Source: Candidatus Saccharimonadales bacterium (GTDB lineage: Bacteria; Patescibacteriota; Saccharimonadia; Saccharimonadales; JBBQAJ01). From it: 64,000 nucleotides of DNA. The notes under the pieces were generated by a model. It did not search any database. It had not been told where the DNA came from and was given only the letters and a program-made list of their open reading frames with translations. The stretch spans positions 3,174 through 67,173 of the forward strand of contig JBBRAK010000004.1 of the NCBI GenBank assembly GCA_038206875.1, read 5' to 3'. Positions within the stretch are counted from its first letter, which is position 1. Each line of letters opens with the position of its first letter. This document shows, piece after piece, positions 20,357-29,282 of this stretch. A program made the translations under genes and the position numbers.

Positions 20357-20823
20357 AATTTCACGAATTAAAAGTCAAACCAAACAAGACAGCGCGAAGA
20401 GCCGGTCGAGGGATTGCTGCTGGACGCGGTAAAACTGCTGGTAGAGGTACCAAAGGACAAAAATCTCGCACCGGAAGCGGTAGACGACCCGGATTTGAAG
20501 GTGGCCAAAACCCACTGATGCAGAGATTGCCAAAACTGCGTGGGTTTAGAAGTATTCGGGAGCCAAAAGAGAATGTTTATACTGGTCAATTAAACAGTTT
20601 GGGCGCTAAAATAGATAATTTTTCGTTGTACGACGCTGGTGTAGTAAGTAGTCCATATGTGTCAGTAAAAGTTATTTTCAACGGCGAACTCACAAAAAAA
20701 GTTACGGTAAATCTGCAATCCGCAAGCGTAAACGCCGTAGAAGCAATACAAAAGCACGGCGGTACTTTCGTACAAACACCCCGCGTAGCGCGTCAAAAAC
20801 AAGAAAAGCCTGAAACAAAATAA
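20353..20823 (+). CDS. rplO: 50S ribosomal protein L15 (follows S5 directly; no L30 gene)
   Basis: ATGA overlap with rpsE. GRGIAAGRGKTAGRGTKGQKSR. Confidence 0.97.
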   Translation: MKFHELKVKPNKTARRAGRGIAAGRGKTAGRGTKGQKSRTGSGRRPGFEGGQNPLMQRLPKLRGFRSIREPKENVYTGQLNSLGAKIDNFSLYDAGVVSSPYVSVKVIFNGELTKKVTVNLQSASVNAVEAIQKHGGTFVQTPRVARQKQEKPETK

Positions 20824-20900
20824 CTATTGCAAAACAGTTTGCTTGGCTTTGTAAATACTATATACTTTCATGAGATATTAAGAGACAAAGAGGGTAATTC

Positions 20901-22400
20901 GTGAGTTGGAAAATCATATGGACATCACTGAAAAGTAGCGACATGCGCAACCGCATTCTCGCTGTTTTGGGAATGTTACTGATTTTTCGAATTCTTGCCC
21001 ACATACCTATTCCACTGAGTAATCCAGAAACACTCAAACAAGTTTTACAGAACCTGTTTACATCCAACAACACGCCGTCGTTACTTAGTTTTATAGATAT
21101 TTTATCCGGCGGTGCGCTAGCAAACTTTTCTATCATGCTTGTTGGGCTGGGACCGTACATTAATGCCTCGATTATTATGCAATTACTTACTAAAGCAATT
21201 CCACATCTCGAAAACATGAACAAAGAGGGTGAATACGGACGAAAGAAAATCAACCAATACACTCGTTTGCTAACTCTGCCACTAGCGATTATTCAATCTG
21301 TTGGTGCAATATATCTTGTGAGACAATCAGCACAACAAGTAGGTGGGATTGGCGATATTACTGCAAATACATCTCTAATCCAATGGGTATTAATGATTAG
21401 TGCGCTTACCGGTGGTGCCATGATGTTGATGTGGCTAGGTGAATTAATTACTGAGAAAAGCGTGGGTAATGGAATATCACTTATCATAACTGTAGGTATT
21501 GTGAGTAAACTACCAAGCACAATTTCACAAATAATATCATCGATTGTTGCTAAAGGAAGCCATTTCGTAGTATTTGGCAAAACACTACCCATAAACAAAG
21601 AATCACTAATTTTTGGGCTATTGATGCTAAGCATTGTTGTCGCTGTCACGGTCTTTATCGTCAAACTCAACGAAGCCGCCAGGAATTTGACTATCAACTA
21701 TGCAAAAAGAGTACAAGGAAACCGTGCCTATGGTGGTGTTACTACAATACTGCCAGTCAAGCTGATAACAGCTGGAGTAATTCCGATTATTTTTGCAGTC
21801 GCTTTTTTGAGTGTCCCGAGTTTTGCGGGTCAGTTAATGACTTCCTCAAGTAGCGCACACTTACATGAGATTGGGTCCAAACTTGTGTTATGGTTTCAGA
21901 CACCAACAGCACAGTCGCTTAGAAGTGGAGGCTTGATACCCTATATATATCCACTAGTGTACTTTTTGCTTGTATTTGTCTTTACCTATTTCTACACTAG
22001 CATCACTTTTAACGCTAAGGAAATTTCTGAGAATCTACAAAAACAAGGTGGATTTATAGCAGACATTCGCTCCGGTTCAAAAACCGAAAAATATTTGAGC
22101 CAAGTCGTTAACAGACTAACTTTGTTCGGTGCATTGAGTTTGGGATTTCTGGCATTACTTCCAATCGCGGGGCAGAGGTTTTTGCAAACAAACATTGCTA
22201 TTGGTGGTACGAGTATTTTGATTTTGGTTTCCGTAGCACTCGAAACACTTCGAGCAATAGAATCAAGAGCTCTCATGGTAACGTACGACCAGTATGAACA
22301 GCCTGATTTCTTTTACGATTCAGCCCAACCGGCTCAGGCGGCAACTGGCGGTAGAATATTGAGATATCTGCCTAGGCGTAGGCGAAAAAAACAACAATAA
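20901..22400 (+). CDS. secY: preprotein translocase subunit SecY
   Basis: GTG start behind AGAGGG. Polytopic (about 10 hydrophobic segments). Position after rplO. Basic C-terminal tail. Confidence 0.95.
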   Translation: MSWKIIWTSLKSSDMRNRILAVLGMLLIFRILAHIPIPLSNPETLKQVLQNLFTSNNTPSLLSFIDILSGGALANFSIMLVGLGPYINASIIMQLLTKAIPHLENMNKEGEYGRKKINQYTRLLTLPLAIIQSVGAIYLVRQSAQQVGGIGDITANTSLIQWVLMISALTGGAMMLMWLGELITEKSVGNGISLIITVGIVSKLPSTISQIISSIVAKGSHFVVFGKTLPINKESLIFGLLMLSIVVAVTVFIVKLNEAARNLTINYAKRVQGNRAYGGVTTILPVKLITAGVIPIIFAVAFLSVPSFAGQLMTSSSSAHLHEIGSKLVLWFQTPTAQSLRSGGLIPYIYPLVYFLLVFVFTYFYTSITFNAKEISENLQKQGGFIADIRSGSKTEKYLSQVVNRLTLFGALSLGFLALLPIAGQRFLQTNIAIGGTSILILVSVALETLRAIESRALMVTYDQYEQPDFFYDSAQPAQAATGGRILRYLPRRRRKKQQ

Positions 22401-22419
22401 TTCATATCTGAAAAACTTC

Positions 22420-22449
22420 TTTACAAACTATTGACATATCTGGTATACT
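22420..22449 (+). promoter_or_regulatory. candidate infA promoter (extended -10)
   Basis: TTTACA (22420-22425), spacer containing ACTATTGACA, TGG + TATACT (22441-22449). Confidence 0.5.
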
Positions 22450-22466
22450 GAACCCTTGTTATATCT

Positions 22467-22685
22467 ATGGCGAATAAAGAGGTTATCGAACTAGCAGGAA
22501 CAATAGTAGAGGCCTTACCAGGTACTCAGTTCCGAGTAGAGCTCGAAAACGGCCATAAGATTATAGCTCACGTCGCCGGTAAGATGCGGAAACATTATAT
22601 TCGCCTTGTACCCGGAGACGGCGTTACGGTCGAGTTGACCCCTTATGATCTTACTAAGGGAAGAATCACCTATCGCAAATCATAA
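22467..22685 (+). CDS. infA: translation initiation factor IF-1
   Basis: [37 protein letters not shown]. Confidence 0.97.
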   Translation: MANKEVIELAGTIVEALPGTQFRVELENGHKIIAHVAGKMRKHYIRLVPGDGVTVELTPYDLTKGRITYRKS

Positions 22686-22733
22686 TATTTAAGCAGTGTG
22701 TCATTCACGAGCAGATAGAGGAGAATGATCCGC

Positions 22734-22850
22734 ATGAAAGTGCGTGCAAGTGTCAAAAAAATCAGTCCCGATGATAAAATTGTACGTCGTAAAGGGCGTG
22801 TTTACGTCATAAACAAGCTAAAGCCAAAGCATAAACAGAGGCAGGGTTAG
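22734..22850 (+). CDS. rpmJ: 50S ribosomal protein L36 (Cys-free variant)
   Basis: Not in the ORF track (38 aa): [38 protein letters not shown]. Canonical Zn ligands C11/C14/C27 are S/D/N here. Confidence 0.93.
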   Translation: MKVRASVKKISPDDKIVRRKGRVYVINKLKPKHKQRQG

Positions 22851-22853
22851 TAC

Positions 22854-23240
22854 ATGGCAAGAATTTCTGGAGTTACAATCCCCGACGGCAAGCAAGTGCA
22901 TGTTGCTCTGACTTATGTGTATGGCATTGGCCCAAAAACCTCGGGTGATGTATTGAAGGAAGCTAGTGTGGACGCTACGACAAGAGTAAAAAATCTAACG
23001 GATGATGAAATTAGCCGTATACAAGAGGCAATAAACAAAAAACTGATCGTAGAAGGTGAACTTCAAAGAATAGTCGCCACCAACATAAAGCGTCTAAAAG
23101 ACATCAATAGCTACCGAGGTCTACGTCATAAAATTGGGCTTCCTTCCAAAGGTCAAAGAACTCGCACTAATGCTCGAACTCGACGTGGTAAAAAGACGTC
23201 AGTGGGCGGATCTCAACCTAAATCAGCATCAAAGACGTAA
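22854..23240 (+). CDS. rpsM: 30S ribosomal protein S13
   Basis: MARISGVTIP...YRGLRHKIGLP. Confidence 0.97.
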   Translation: MARISGVTIPDGKQVHVALTYVYGIGPKTSGDVLKEASVDATTRVKNLTDDEISRIQEAINKKLIVEGELQRIVATNIKRLKDINSYRGLRHKIGLPSKGQRTRTNARTRRGKKTSVGGSQPKSASKT

Positions 23241-23252
23241 GCAAGAGGATAT

Positions 23253-23744
23253 ATGGCACAAGATAAACCCAAACAAGATTTAGAAGAGACACCAGTAGTA
23301 GAAAACGCTGTTGTTGCAGAAAATGCTGAAACCAATGATGTTGATGCTACAATCAACAAACCAAAACCTTCAAAGAAAAAAAAGACTAAGAGATCGGTTC
23401 CATCGGGCCAGTTACATATCCTTTCAACATTTAATAATACAATCGTAACTTTCACTGACAACTCTGGTGGAGTTTTGTCTGCATCTAGCGCTGGTGCGTG
23501 TGGTTTTAGGGGTTCCAAAAAAGGTACTGCATATGCAGCACAAATTGCGTCTGAGAAAGCTGGCCAGATAGCTAAACAAAGTTTTGGTTTGAACAAAGTC
23601 GACGTTTTTATAAAAGGCATTGGTATGGGACGTGAAGCCGCAGTTAGGAGTTTGCAAGGAATGGATATTTCAGTTGATAGTATACGAGATGTGACTACAA
23701 TTGCGCATGGTGGTGTACGTCCACGAAAGGCTAGAAGGGTTTAA
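23253..23744 (+). CDS. rpsK: 30S ribosomal protein S11 (~35-aa N-terminal extension)
   Basis: HILSTFNNTIVTFTD. AGAGGA RBS. Confidence 0.96.
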   Translation: MAQDKPKQDLEETPVVENAVVAENAETNDVDATINKPKPSKKKKTKRSVPSGQLHILSTFNNTIVTFTDNSGGVLSASSAGACGFRGSKKGTAYAAQIASEKAGQIAKQSFGLNKVDVFIKGIGMGREAAVRSLQGMDISVDSIRDVTTIAHGGVRPRKARRV

Positions 23745-23748
23745 TACA

Positions 23749-24369
23749 ATGGCACGAGACACAGGTTCAATCGTAAAAATGAGTCGTCGTGAAGGCTACG
23801 CACTTCACCCAAAGGCACACAAAGCTTTGGTAAAACGTACAGCCACACCAGGACAGCAAAACACAGGGCGAGGATACAGAGCTAAAACTAGCCAGTATTC
23901 CCTGCAACTTCGTGAAAAACAAAAAGTCAAGCGTCTTTATGGTCTTTTGGAAAAGCAATTTAGCAATCTTATGAAGGAGGCTTCGAGACGCCAAGGCCAA
24001 ACGGGTGAAATGTTGCTACAGTTACTCGAACAAAGAGCTGACAATGCAGTCTACAGAGCCGGGTTTGCATCCTCGCGACGTGCTGCAAGACAACTAGTTA
24101 CCCATGGTCACTTTATACTTAACGGTCATCGATTTGATATTCCTTCATTAAGGCTCAAGTCAGGCGATGAATTAGTGGTACGAGACCACAGTAAAAAAAC
24201 CGAGTACTTCAAGCGAATAGAAGATGTAAGCCCAGCTCCAGCCGAATTACCTGGATGGTTAAAAGCTGACCGGAAAAAACTGTCGATAAAAGTTACCGGA
24301 TTACCGCTTCGTACTGAAGCCGAACCAGATATTAATGAACAACTAATCGTAGAGTATTACTCTCGCTAA
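23749..24369 (+). CDS. rpsD: 30S ribosomal protein S4
   Basis: ORF 23701-24369. Start moved to ATG 23749 (MARDTGSIVKMSRREG), after the rpsK stop. Confidence 0.96.
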   Translation: MARDTGSIVKMSRREGYALHPKAHKALVKRTATPGQQNTGRGYRAKTSQYSLQLREKQKVKRLYGLLEKQFSNLMKEASRRQGQTGEMLLQLLEQRADNAVYRAGFASSRRAARQLVTHGHFILNGHRFDIPSLRLKSGDELVVRDHSKKTEYFKRIEDVSPAPAELPGWLKADRKKLSIKVTGLPLRTEAEPDINEQLIVEYYSR

Positions 24370-24387
24370 GCCAAGGAGGCCAAATAT

Positions 24388-25329
24388 ATGTCAAAAATAA
24401 TTCATACACCAGGAGTAGTACGGGTAGACGATCACAGTCCAACCAGTGCGACATTTACTATCGAGCCGCTTCACACCGGTTACGGAATGACACTGGGAAA
24501 TTCCCTGCGAAGAGTTTTACTTTCTTCAATCGCTGGTGCTTCTGTTACCTCGTTTAAGATTGAAGGAGTGACGCACGAATTTACCACCGTTAAAGGTGTA
24601 AAAGAAGATGCCGTAGACATCATGATGAACCTAAAATCAATCAGATTTAGAGTTTTTGGTGATGACGTACAAAACGTTCGGATTGTTCATTCAGGAAAAG
24701 GAGTTGTCACAGCTGGCGACATTCAAACAAACGCAGAGGTAGAAATTGTAAACCCAAAGCAAATTATTGCTACAATCGACGAAGAAAAAACAAAATTTGT
24801 TGTGGATTTGGTTGTCGAAACTGGACGAGGATATCGGACCATAGAAACCGGCACAATTAAAAAACCTAGCGACCATGTGGCGTTAGATGCGATATTCACG
24901 CCGGTACACCGCGTACGATATAAGGTGGAAAATACTCGTGTTGGGCAAATGACCGACCTGGACAAACTGCTTCTAACGGTAGATACCGACGGTTCGATAA
25001 CTCCTAGAGATGCATTTGAAGAAGCCGCTGCAATTCTGGTAAACCAATACACTGCGCTAGCAGGACAGACTCGAATTGAAGCATCTGCTCCTCTGTCATT
25101 AGCAGGAGAATCTTCTGATGCAACTGACTCAGATGAGTCAGCAGAACTCATGACGCCAATTGAAGATTTAAATCTATCTGCAAGAACTACCAATGCATTG
25201 ATAAATAATGACATTCACACCCTAAAAGATTTGTTTGCACTTAGCGACAGCGAACTTCGAGAACTTAAAGGCTTTGGTAGCAAAGCCCTCGACGAAGTAA
25301 AAGAAAAAATGGCGGAGATGGAACTTTAA
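24388..25329 (+). CDS. rpoA: RNA polymerase alpha subunit
   Basis: N-terminal domain FTIEPLHTGYGMTLGNSLRRVLLSS. C-terminal domain LNLSARTTNALINNDIHTLKDL. Confidence 0.97.
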   Translation: MSKIIHTPGVVRVDDHSPTSATFTIEPLHTGYGMTLGNSLRRVLLSSIAGASVTSFKIEGVTHEFTTVKGVKEDAVDIMMNLKSIRFRVFGDDVQNVRIVHSGKGVVTAGDIQTNAEVEIVNPKQIIATIDEEKTKFVVDLVVETGRGYRTIETGTIKKPSDHVALDAIFTPVHRVRYKVENTRVGQMTDLDKLLLTVDTDGSITPRDAFEEAAAILVNQYTALAGQTRIEASAPLSLAGESSDATDSDESAELMTPIEDLNLSARTTNALINNDIHTLKDLFALSDSELRELKGFGSKALDEVKEKMAEMEL

Positions 25330-25330
25330 G

Positions 25331-25801
25331 ATGCATCGCCACGGGTACAAAGGTCGTAAATTTAACCGTGAACGTGACCAGCGCGAAGCTTTGTTGCAGA
25401 GTTTGGCGGAGAGTTTGATTATTCATGAATCTATTGAAACTACCCTGTCAAAAGCCAAAGAAATCGTGCCGATGGTTGAAAAACTTATAACAAAATCAAA
25501 AATCGGCGACTTACATAACCGTCGTCAAATCATTTCAGAGTTGCAGACTATTGGCACAGCTCACAAGTTGATTGACGAAATCGCGCCCAAGCTCAAGGGT
25601 CGAAATAGTGGACATTTAAGAATTGAGAGAACTCGATTGCGTCGTGGAGATAATGCACAACTAGCTAGAGTAAGTTTTGTGGATGATTTGAAAGATGCGC
25701 CCGTTGCAAAGGCTGTATCAACAACCACCAGCAAGCAAGCGTCCTCTACTCCCAAAAAAGTGACACCTAGAAAATCTGAAACCAAGAAAGTGACTAAATA
25801 A
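25331..25801 (+). CDS. rplQ: 50S ribosomal protein L17 (C-terminal tail)
   Basis: MHRHGYKGRKFNRERDQREALL. Confidence 0.96.
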   Translation: MHRHGYKGRKFNRERDQREALLQSLAESLIIHESIETTLSKAKEIVPMVEKLITKSKIGDLHNRRQIISELQTIGTAHKLIDEIAPKLKGRNSGHLRIERTRLRRGDNAQLARVSFVDDLKDAPVAKAVSTTTSKQASSTPKKVTPRKSETKKVTK

Positions 25802-26241
25802 TGAAAACCTACAGTGCAAAACCTACAGATGTAACTCGCGCATGGCATGTCGTTGATGCCTCTGAAGTTCCACTCGGACGAATGGCAACAGTTATAGCGA
25901 CTCTTTTGACTGGCAAAGGTAAACCACAGTTCACACATCACATAGATTGTGGTGATTTTGTAGTCGTTATAAACGCCGAGAAAATCGTTGTTACTGGTAA
26001 TAAATTAGTAGACAAGAAATACTATCGCTATAGCGGGTATCCTAGCGGGCTAACTACAACTGCACTGAAAGATTTAATTGCTAAGGACCCGTCGCAGCCA
26101 ATTTACAAAGCTGTTAGGGGCATGTTACCGATAAATAAACTGCGAGCCGATCGACTTAAAAGGCTTAAAATTTATGCAGGGCCTGAACATGAACATGAAG
26201 CACAGAAACCCAAAAAACTTACATTGAAAGCAGGTAAATGA
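25801..26241 (+). CDS. rplM: 50S ribosomal protein L13
   Basis: WHVVDASEVPLGRMATVIATLLTGKGKPQFTHH. Confidence 0.97.
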   Translation: MKTYSAKPTDVTRAWHVVDASEVPLGRMATVIATLLTGKGKPQFTHHIDCGDFVVVINAEKIVVTGNKLVDKKYYRYSGYPSGLTTTALKDLIAKDPSQPIYKAVRGMLPINKLRADRLKRLKIYAGPEHEHEAQKPKKLTLKAGK

Positions 26242-26645
26242 TGGCAGATAAAGCAAAACATTATTTTTACGCACTGGGGCGACGTAAAAGCTCCACATCT
26301 AGAGTCAGACTTATGAATGGCAAGGGTTCAGTTGTTATTAACGGCAAGCCAGCAAACGAATATTTAGCGGATAGTAAATCCCTACTTCATGAACTTGAAC
26401 GTCCGTTCATAGCACTCGAGATTCAGAATAAATACGATGTCAGCGCTGTAGTCTCAGGAGGAGGACACAGTAGCCAGGTAGACGCAATTCGCTTAGGAAT
26501 ATCCAAAGCTCTGGCAGTAATGAATGAAGATTTACGAAGTACTCTAAAAAGAGCTGACATGCTAGGTCGTGACCCTAGAGAAAAAGAACGAAAGAAGTTC
26601 GGTCTCAAGGGCGCCAGAAAACAGCGCCAATTCACCAAACGGTAG
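26238..26645 (+). CDS. rpsI: 30S ribosomal protein S9
   Basis: YFYALGRRKSSTSRVRL...RKQRQFTKR. Confidence 0.97.
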   Translation: MMADKAKHYFYALGRRKSSTSRVRLMNGKGSVVINGKPANEYLADSKSLLHELERPFIALEIQNKYDVSAVVSGGGHSSQVDAIRLGISKALAVMNEDLRSTLKRADMLGRDPREKERKKFGLKGARKQRQFTKR

Positions 26646-26671
26646 ACAACTATTGACAGACATGGTATAAT
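26643..26671 (+). promoter_or_regulatory. promoter of the aromatic-operon leader
   Basis: TAGACA (26643-26648), 17-nt spacer, TGG + TATAAT (26663-26671). An ATG lies 7 nt after the -10 box. Confidence 0.6.
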
Positions 26672-26678
26672 GTATCTT

Positions 26679-26744
26679 ATGTTAAGAGTAAGTTTTTGGA
26701 ACTACGCATACTTTATCAACCCCCGAGTGGCGACGAGTTCATAG
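26679..26744 (+). CDS. candidate leaderless leader peptide MLRVSFWNYAYFINPRVATSS (aromatic codon run)
   Basis: 21 codons. Codons 6-12 read F W N Y A Y F. No SD; the ATG sits at the predicted transcription start. Followed by a terminator, then the aroG-pheA-tyrA-like genes. Confidence 0.55.
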   Translation: MLRVSFWNYAYFINPRVATSS

Positions 26745-26767
26745 CGATTGCAAAATCACCCAAGAAC

Positions 26768-26791
26768 AAAACCGCCAAGAGGCGGTTTTTT
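26768..26791 (+). terminator. intrinsic terminator (attenuator) upstream of the DAHP synthase gene
   Basis: AAAACCGCC AAGA GGCGGTTTTTT. Lies 27 nt before the aroG-like start. Confidence 0.8.
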
Positions 26792-26817
26792 AATTAAAGG
26801 GAACAAGGATAAGAATA

Positions 26818-28089
26818 ATGTCATTTGAAACTAGCGAGTTACAGGCACCAGTGCTGGACGAAGCAATGCGAATTAAAGACGTACTGTTAACCGCTCGTGA
26901 AGACATCGAGACCGCGCACACGAGAATTGAAGACAGTATTCTGCAAGGTGCGCGAGTGCGCTTAGGATACTCAGAGTTTGAACCCGGCGATATGTCAGAG
27001 TTGGTAGATGCAAGAGTAACAAAGCAACCCATGGTTACACCGAGAATGGTCACTGGCGTACTCCCATTGTCCAATCGGAGCGCATTAACCACTCTCGAGG
27101 CCCGCAAAACATTAGCTGACATACATGCTCACCGCAATTTCAAGCTCGCTGTAGGCATAGGTGAATGTTCTGTTCGTGATCCAGAAGCAACGCTCGAATA
27201 TACTAGAAACGTAGTTCGATGGCAACCAATGTTTCCAAACCTTCTACTTATGCAACGTGCATTTTTAGAAAAACCAAGAACACCCAAAAAAATTGGAGGC
27301 GAGATGCCTTGGAAAGGCTTCATTTATGACCCACTCTTAGATGGCTCAAACGACATCAATTTAGGTGTAATAGCGTCCAGACTATTGTTATGTCGAATTA
27401 CTGACATGGGCGTACCAACACTGAAAGAACAGCTAAATGCTCTGACGCCACAGTTTCTTAATGGTTTAGTAACTCAGGATAATATAGGTGCACGCTCAGT
27501 TGAAGACCAAAAGGGTATGGAATATGCTTCTGGGACATCGGCGGTTGTTGGAGAAAAAAATAATCTCGAAGGAGATATAGAAGTTGCGATGCAGGCTGCT
27601 GCCTCCGCGCATGGCGAACATGCATTCTTGGGAATAGATGATTATGGAAATATATGTCTAGTGCGAACTACAGGCAACGATACAGCGCATGTAATATTAC
27701 GTGGTGGAAAAAACGGTCCCAATTATGAAGCTGAACACGTCGAAGAAGCGCGTCAATTGGCAGAAAAATACGGCCTTGAATTTTCTCTAGATATTGATGC
27801 AAATCATGGAAATAGTGGTAAAAAAGCCAAGAACCAACTAATAGTGGTTAGGAATGTCGCATCACAAATTGAAGCAGGAGAACCAGCAATCACTGGTGTG
27901 CAGATGGAAACAAATTTAGTAGAAGGCAAACAACCATTTGAGGTTGGCATGGATTTAAGTCTTCTCGTGTACGGGCAAAGCATTACTGATGAATGCATGG
28001 GAATTCCCGATACATTAGAAAGTCTCAGCATTCTAGATGAAGCTGCTGCAAAACGACGCGAGCGTGCAAACGTGATTGGGATCACGTAA
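26818..28089 (+). CDS. aroG: 3-deoxy-7-phosphoheptulonate (DAHP) synthase, class I-alpha like, with ~60-aa N-terminal extension
   Basis: Matches E. coli AroG-type blocks: VGIGECSVRDPEATLEY, FLEKPRT...WKGFIYDP, ILRGGKNGPNYEAEHV, DANHGNSGK, YGQSITDECMG. Confidence 0.85.
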   Translation: MSFETSELQAPVLDEAMRIKDVLLTAREDIETAHTRIEDSILQGARVRLGYSEFEPGDMSELVDARVTKQPMVTPRMVTGVLPLSNRSALTTLEARKTLADIHAHRNFKLAVGIGECSVRDPEATLEYTRNVVRWQPMFPNLLLMQRAFLEKPRTPKKIGGEMPWKGFIYDPLLDGSNDINLGVIASRLLLCRITDMGVPTLKEQLNALTPQFLNGLVTQDNIGARSVEDQKGMEYASGTSAVVGEKNNLEGDIEVAMQAAASAHGEHAFLGIDDYGNICLVRTTGNDTAHVILRGGKNGPNYEAEHVEEARQLAEKYGLEFSLDIDANHGNSGKKAKNQLIVVRNVASQIEAGEPAITGVQMETNLVEGKQPFEVGMDLSLLVYGQSITDECMGIPDTLESLSILDEAAAKRRERANVIGIT

Positions 28090-29282
28090 TGACAGAGTTA
28101 GCTGTTGGAATTCAAGGTGGGGCGGGTAGTTTCCATCACGAAACTGGGCTCGAATATTTTGGAGCTGGGAACGTTGATAGGTTTGTATCATTCCCAGACC
28201 ATGATGCAATGCTTAGTAACTTATTTGACAGATACTCTGACTTGCACGTTGCAATTATTGCGGTTGATAATAATACTTCAGGTAGAGTCCTAAGCGCAGT
28301 TGAAGCACTTAGCAAACAAACGGACGTTCGGGTCGTGGGCAGTATTACTCGGAGAATTAATCAGTATTTGTGGGTTTATCCAGGTCACGATCCAGATGAT
28401 GTTGAAGCTGTCATTTCTCAACAACCTGCATTGGATCAGTGTGAACAAAATATTGCTGCCGCTGGGTATACGCCAGAGGATTACTTTGATACAGCTGAAG
28501 CAGCGCGTCGAATAAGTACTTCAAAGGGGAAATACAAGAACTACAAGTCCACTGGTGCAATTGCATCACAAACGGCCGGTGAACTATATGGGCTGACTAT
28601 GGTTCGTAAGTTTAACGACAATGAAAACAATGCTACAAAATTTTGGGTTATATCTGATAGCGAGACTAACACTGAAGGGACACATTCCGCACTCACATTT
28701 GAAGTACCAGACATTAAGGGTGGGCTCTTAAGAGCGGTAGAGAGAATATGGCAGGAATGCGGTTTTAATTTGACTGACATTGATAGCCATCTTGCATCTG
28801 CACTTGACGGTGACCGAGGCTTTTTCGCAGAAATTACTCAAGATGATCCTAGCGTGATGCGCGAGTTGCTTATAAAATATCTTGTAGCTGATGGATATAA
28901 GCCTCACGTTCTGGGCAACTACACACCAAAGGGTGAAGATCTTGAGGTTATTGATGAAAACCATCAGATACCTCCAGCTCTTAGGCATGACAAATGGGCT
29001 GGAAGAAAGGGGCTGATATATCCAGAAGGGTCAACAAGATTGTATGTTGAAACAAATCATAAATCTGGTGCACTCTATAGTGTTCTGGGCTGCCTCGCGT
29101 CATGCAACTTAGTTGATCTAGGACGTCCTGTTAATCCGAAAGACAACAGATTTAACAGAGGTTTCTATATAGTACTCGACCCAACCACGCCGAGTATTAT
29201 TGAAAAATTAGCAACAGCAACAATTAAAGCACAGGGCTTTCATGTTGAAATTGTTGAAGATGGAGAGAAAGTAGTAGCATGA
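28089..29282 (+). CDS. pheA: prephenate dehydratase with two ACT-like domains
   Basis: PDT blocks VGIQGGAGSFHHE, SQQPALDQCEQ, GAIASQTAGELYGL, NATKFWVIS. ACT1 HSALTFEVPDIKGGLL...NLTDIDSH. ACT2 TRLYVETNHKSGALYSVLG...LGRPVNP...RGFYIVLD. Confidence 0.8.
   Translation: MTELAVGIQGGAGSFHHETGLEYFGAGNVDRFVSFPDHDAMLSNLFDRYSDLHVAIIAVDNNTSGRVLSAVEALSKQTDVRVVGSITRRINQYLWVYPGHDPDDVEAVISQQPALDQCEQNIAAAGYTPEDYFDTAEAARRISTSKGKYKNYKSTGAIASQTAGELYGLTMVRKFNDNENNATKFWVISDSETNTEGTHSALTFEVPDIKGGLLRAVERIWQECGFNLTDIDSHLASALDGDRGFFAEITQDDPSVMRELLIKYLVADGYKPHVLGNYTPKGEDLEVIDENHQIPPALRHDKWAGRKGLIYPEGSTRLYVETNHKSGALYSVLGCLASCNLVDLGRPVNPKDNRFNRGFYIVLDPTTPSIIEKLATATIKAQGFHVEIVEDGEKVVA

Noticed and set aside
26653-26671. 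TTGACA followed 7 nt later by TATAAT (also at 22431-22449), which looked like a -35/-10 pair.
   Set aside because: A 7-nt spacer is incompatible with sigma70-type spacing. A better -35 (TAGACA or TTTACA) lies 17-18 nt upstream, so the TTGACA is part of the shared spacer block.
26672-26817. T-box riboswitch as an explanation for the leaders before the aromatic and trp/trpS operons.
   Set aside because: The leaders are only ~120-150 nt and lack specifier-loop/T-box conserved sequences (no AGAGA or GGUGGUACCGCG-like box). Leader peptides with the cognate codons explain them better.
26818-27030. The N-terminal ~60-aa extension of DAHP synthase as a fused chorismate mutase domain.
   Set aside because: It is too short and has no clear AroQ signature by eye. 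It is left as an unexplained extension.
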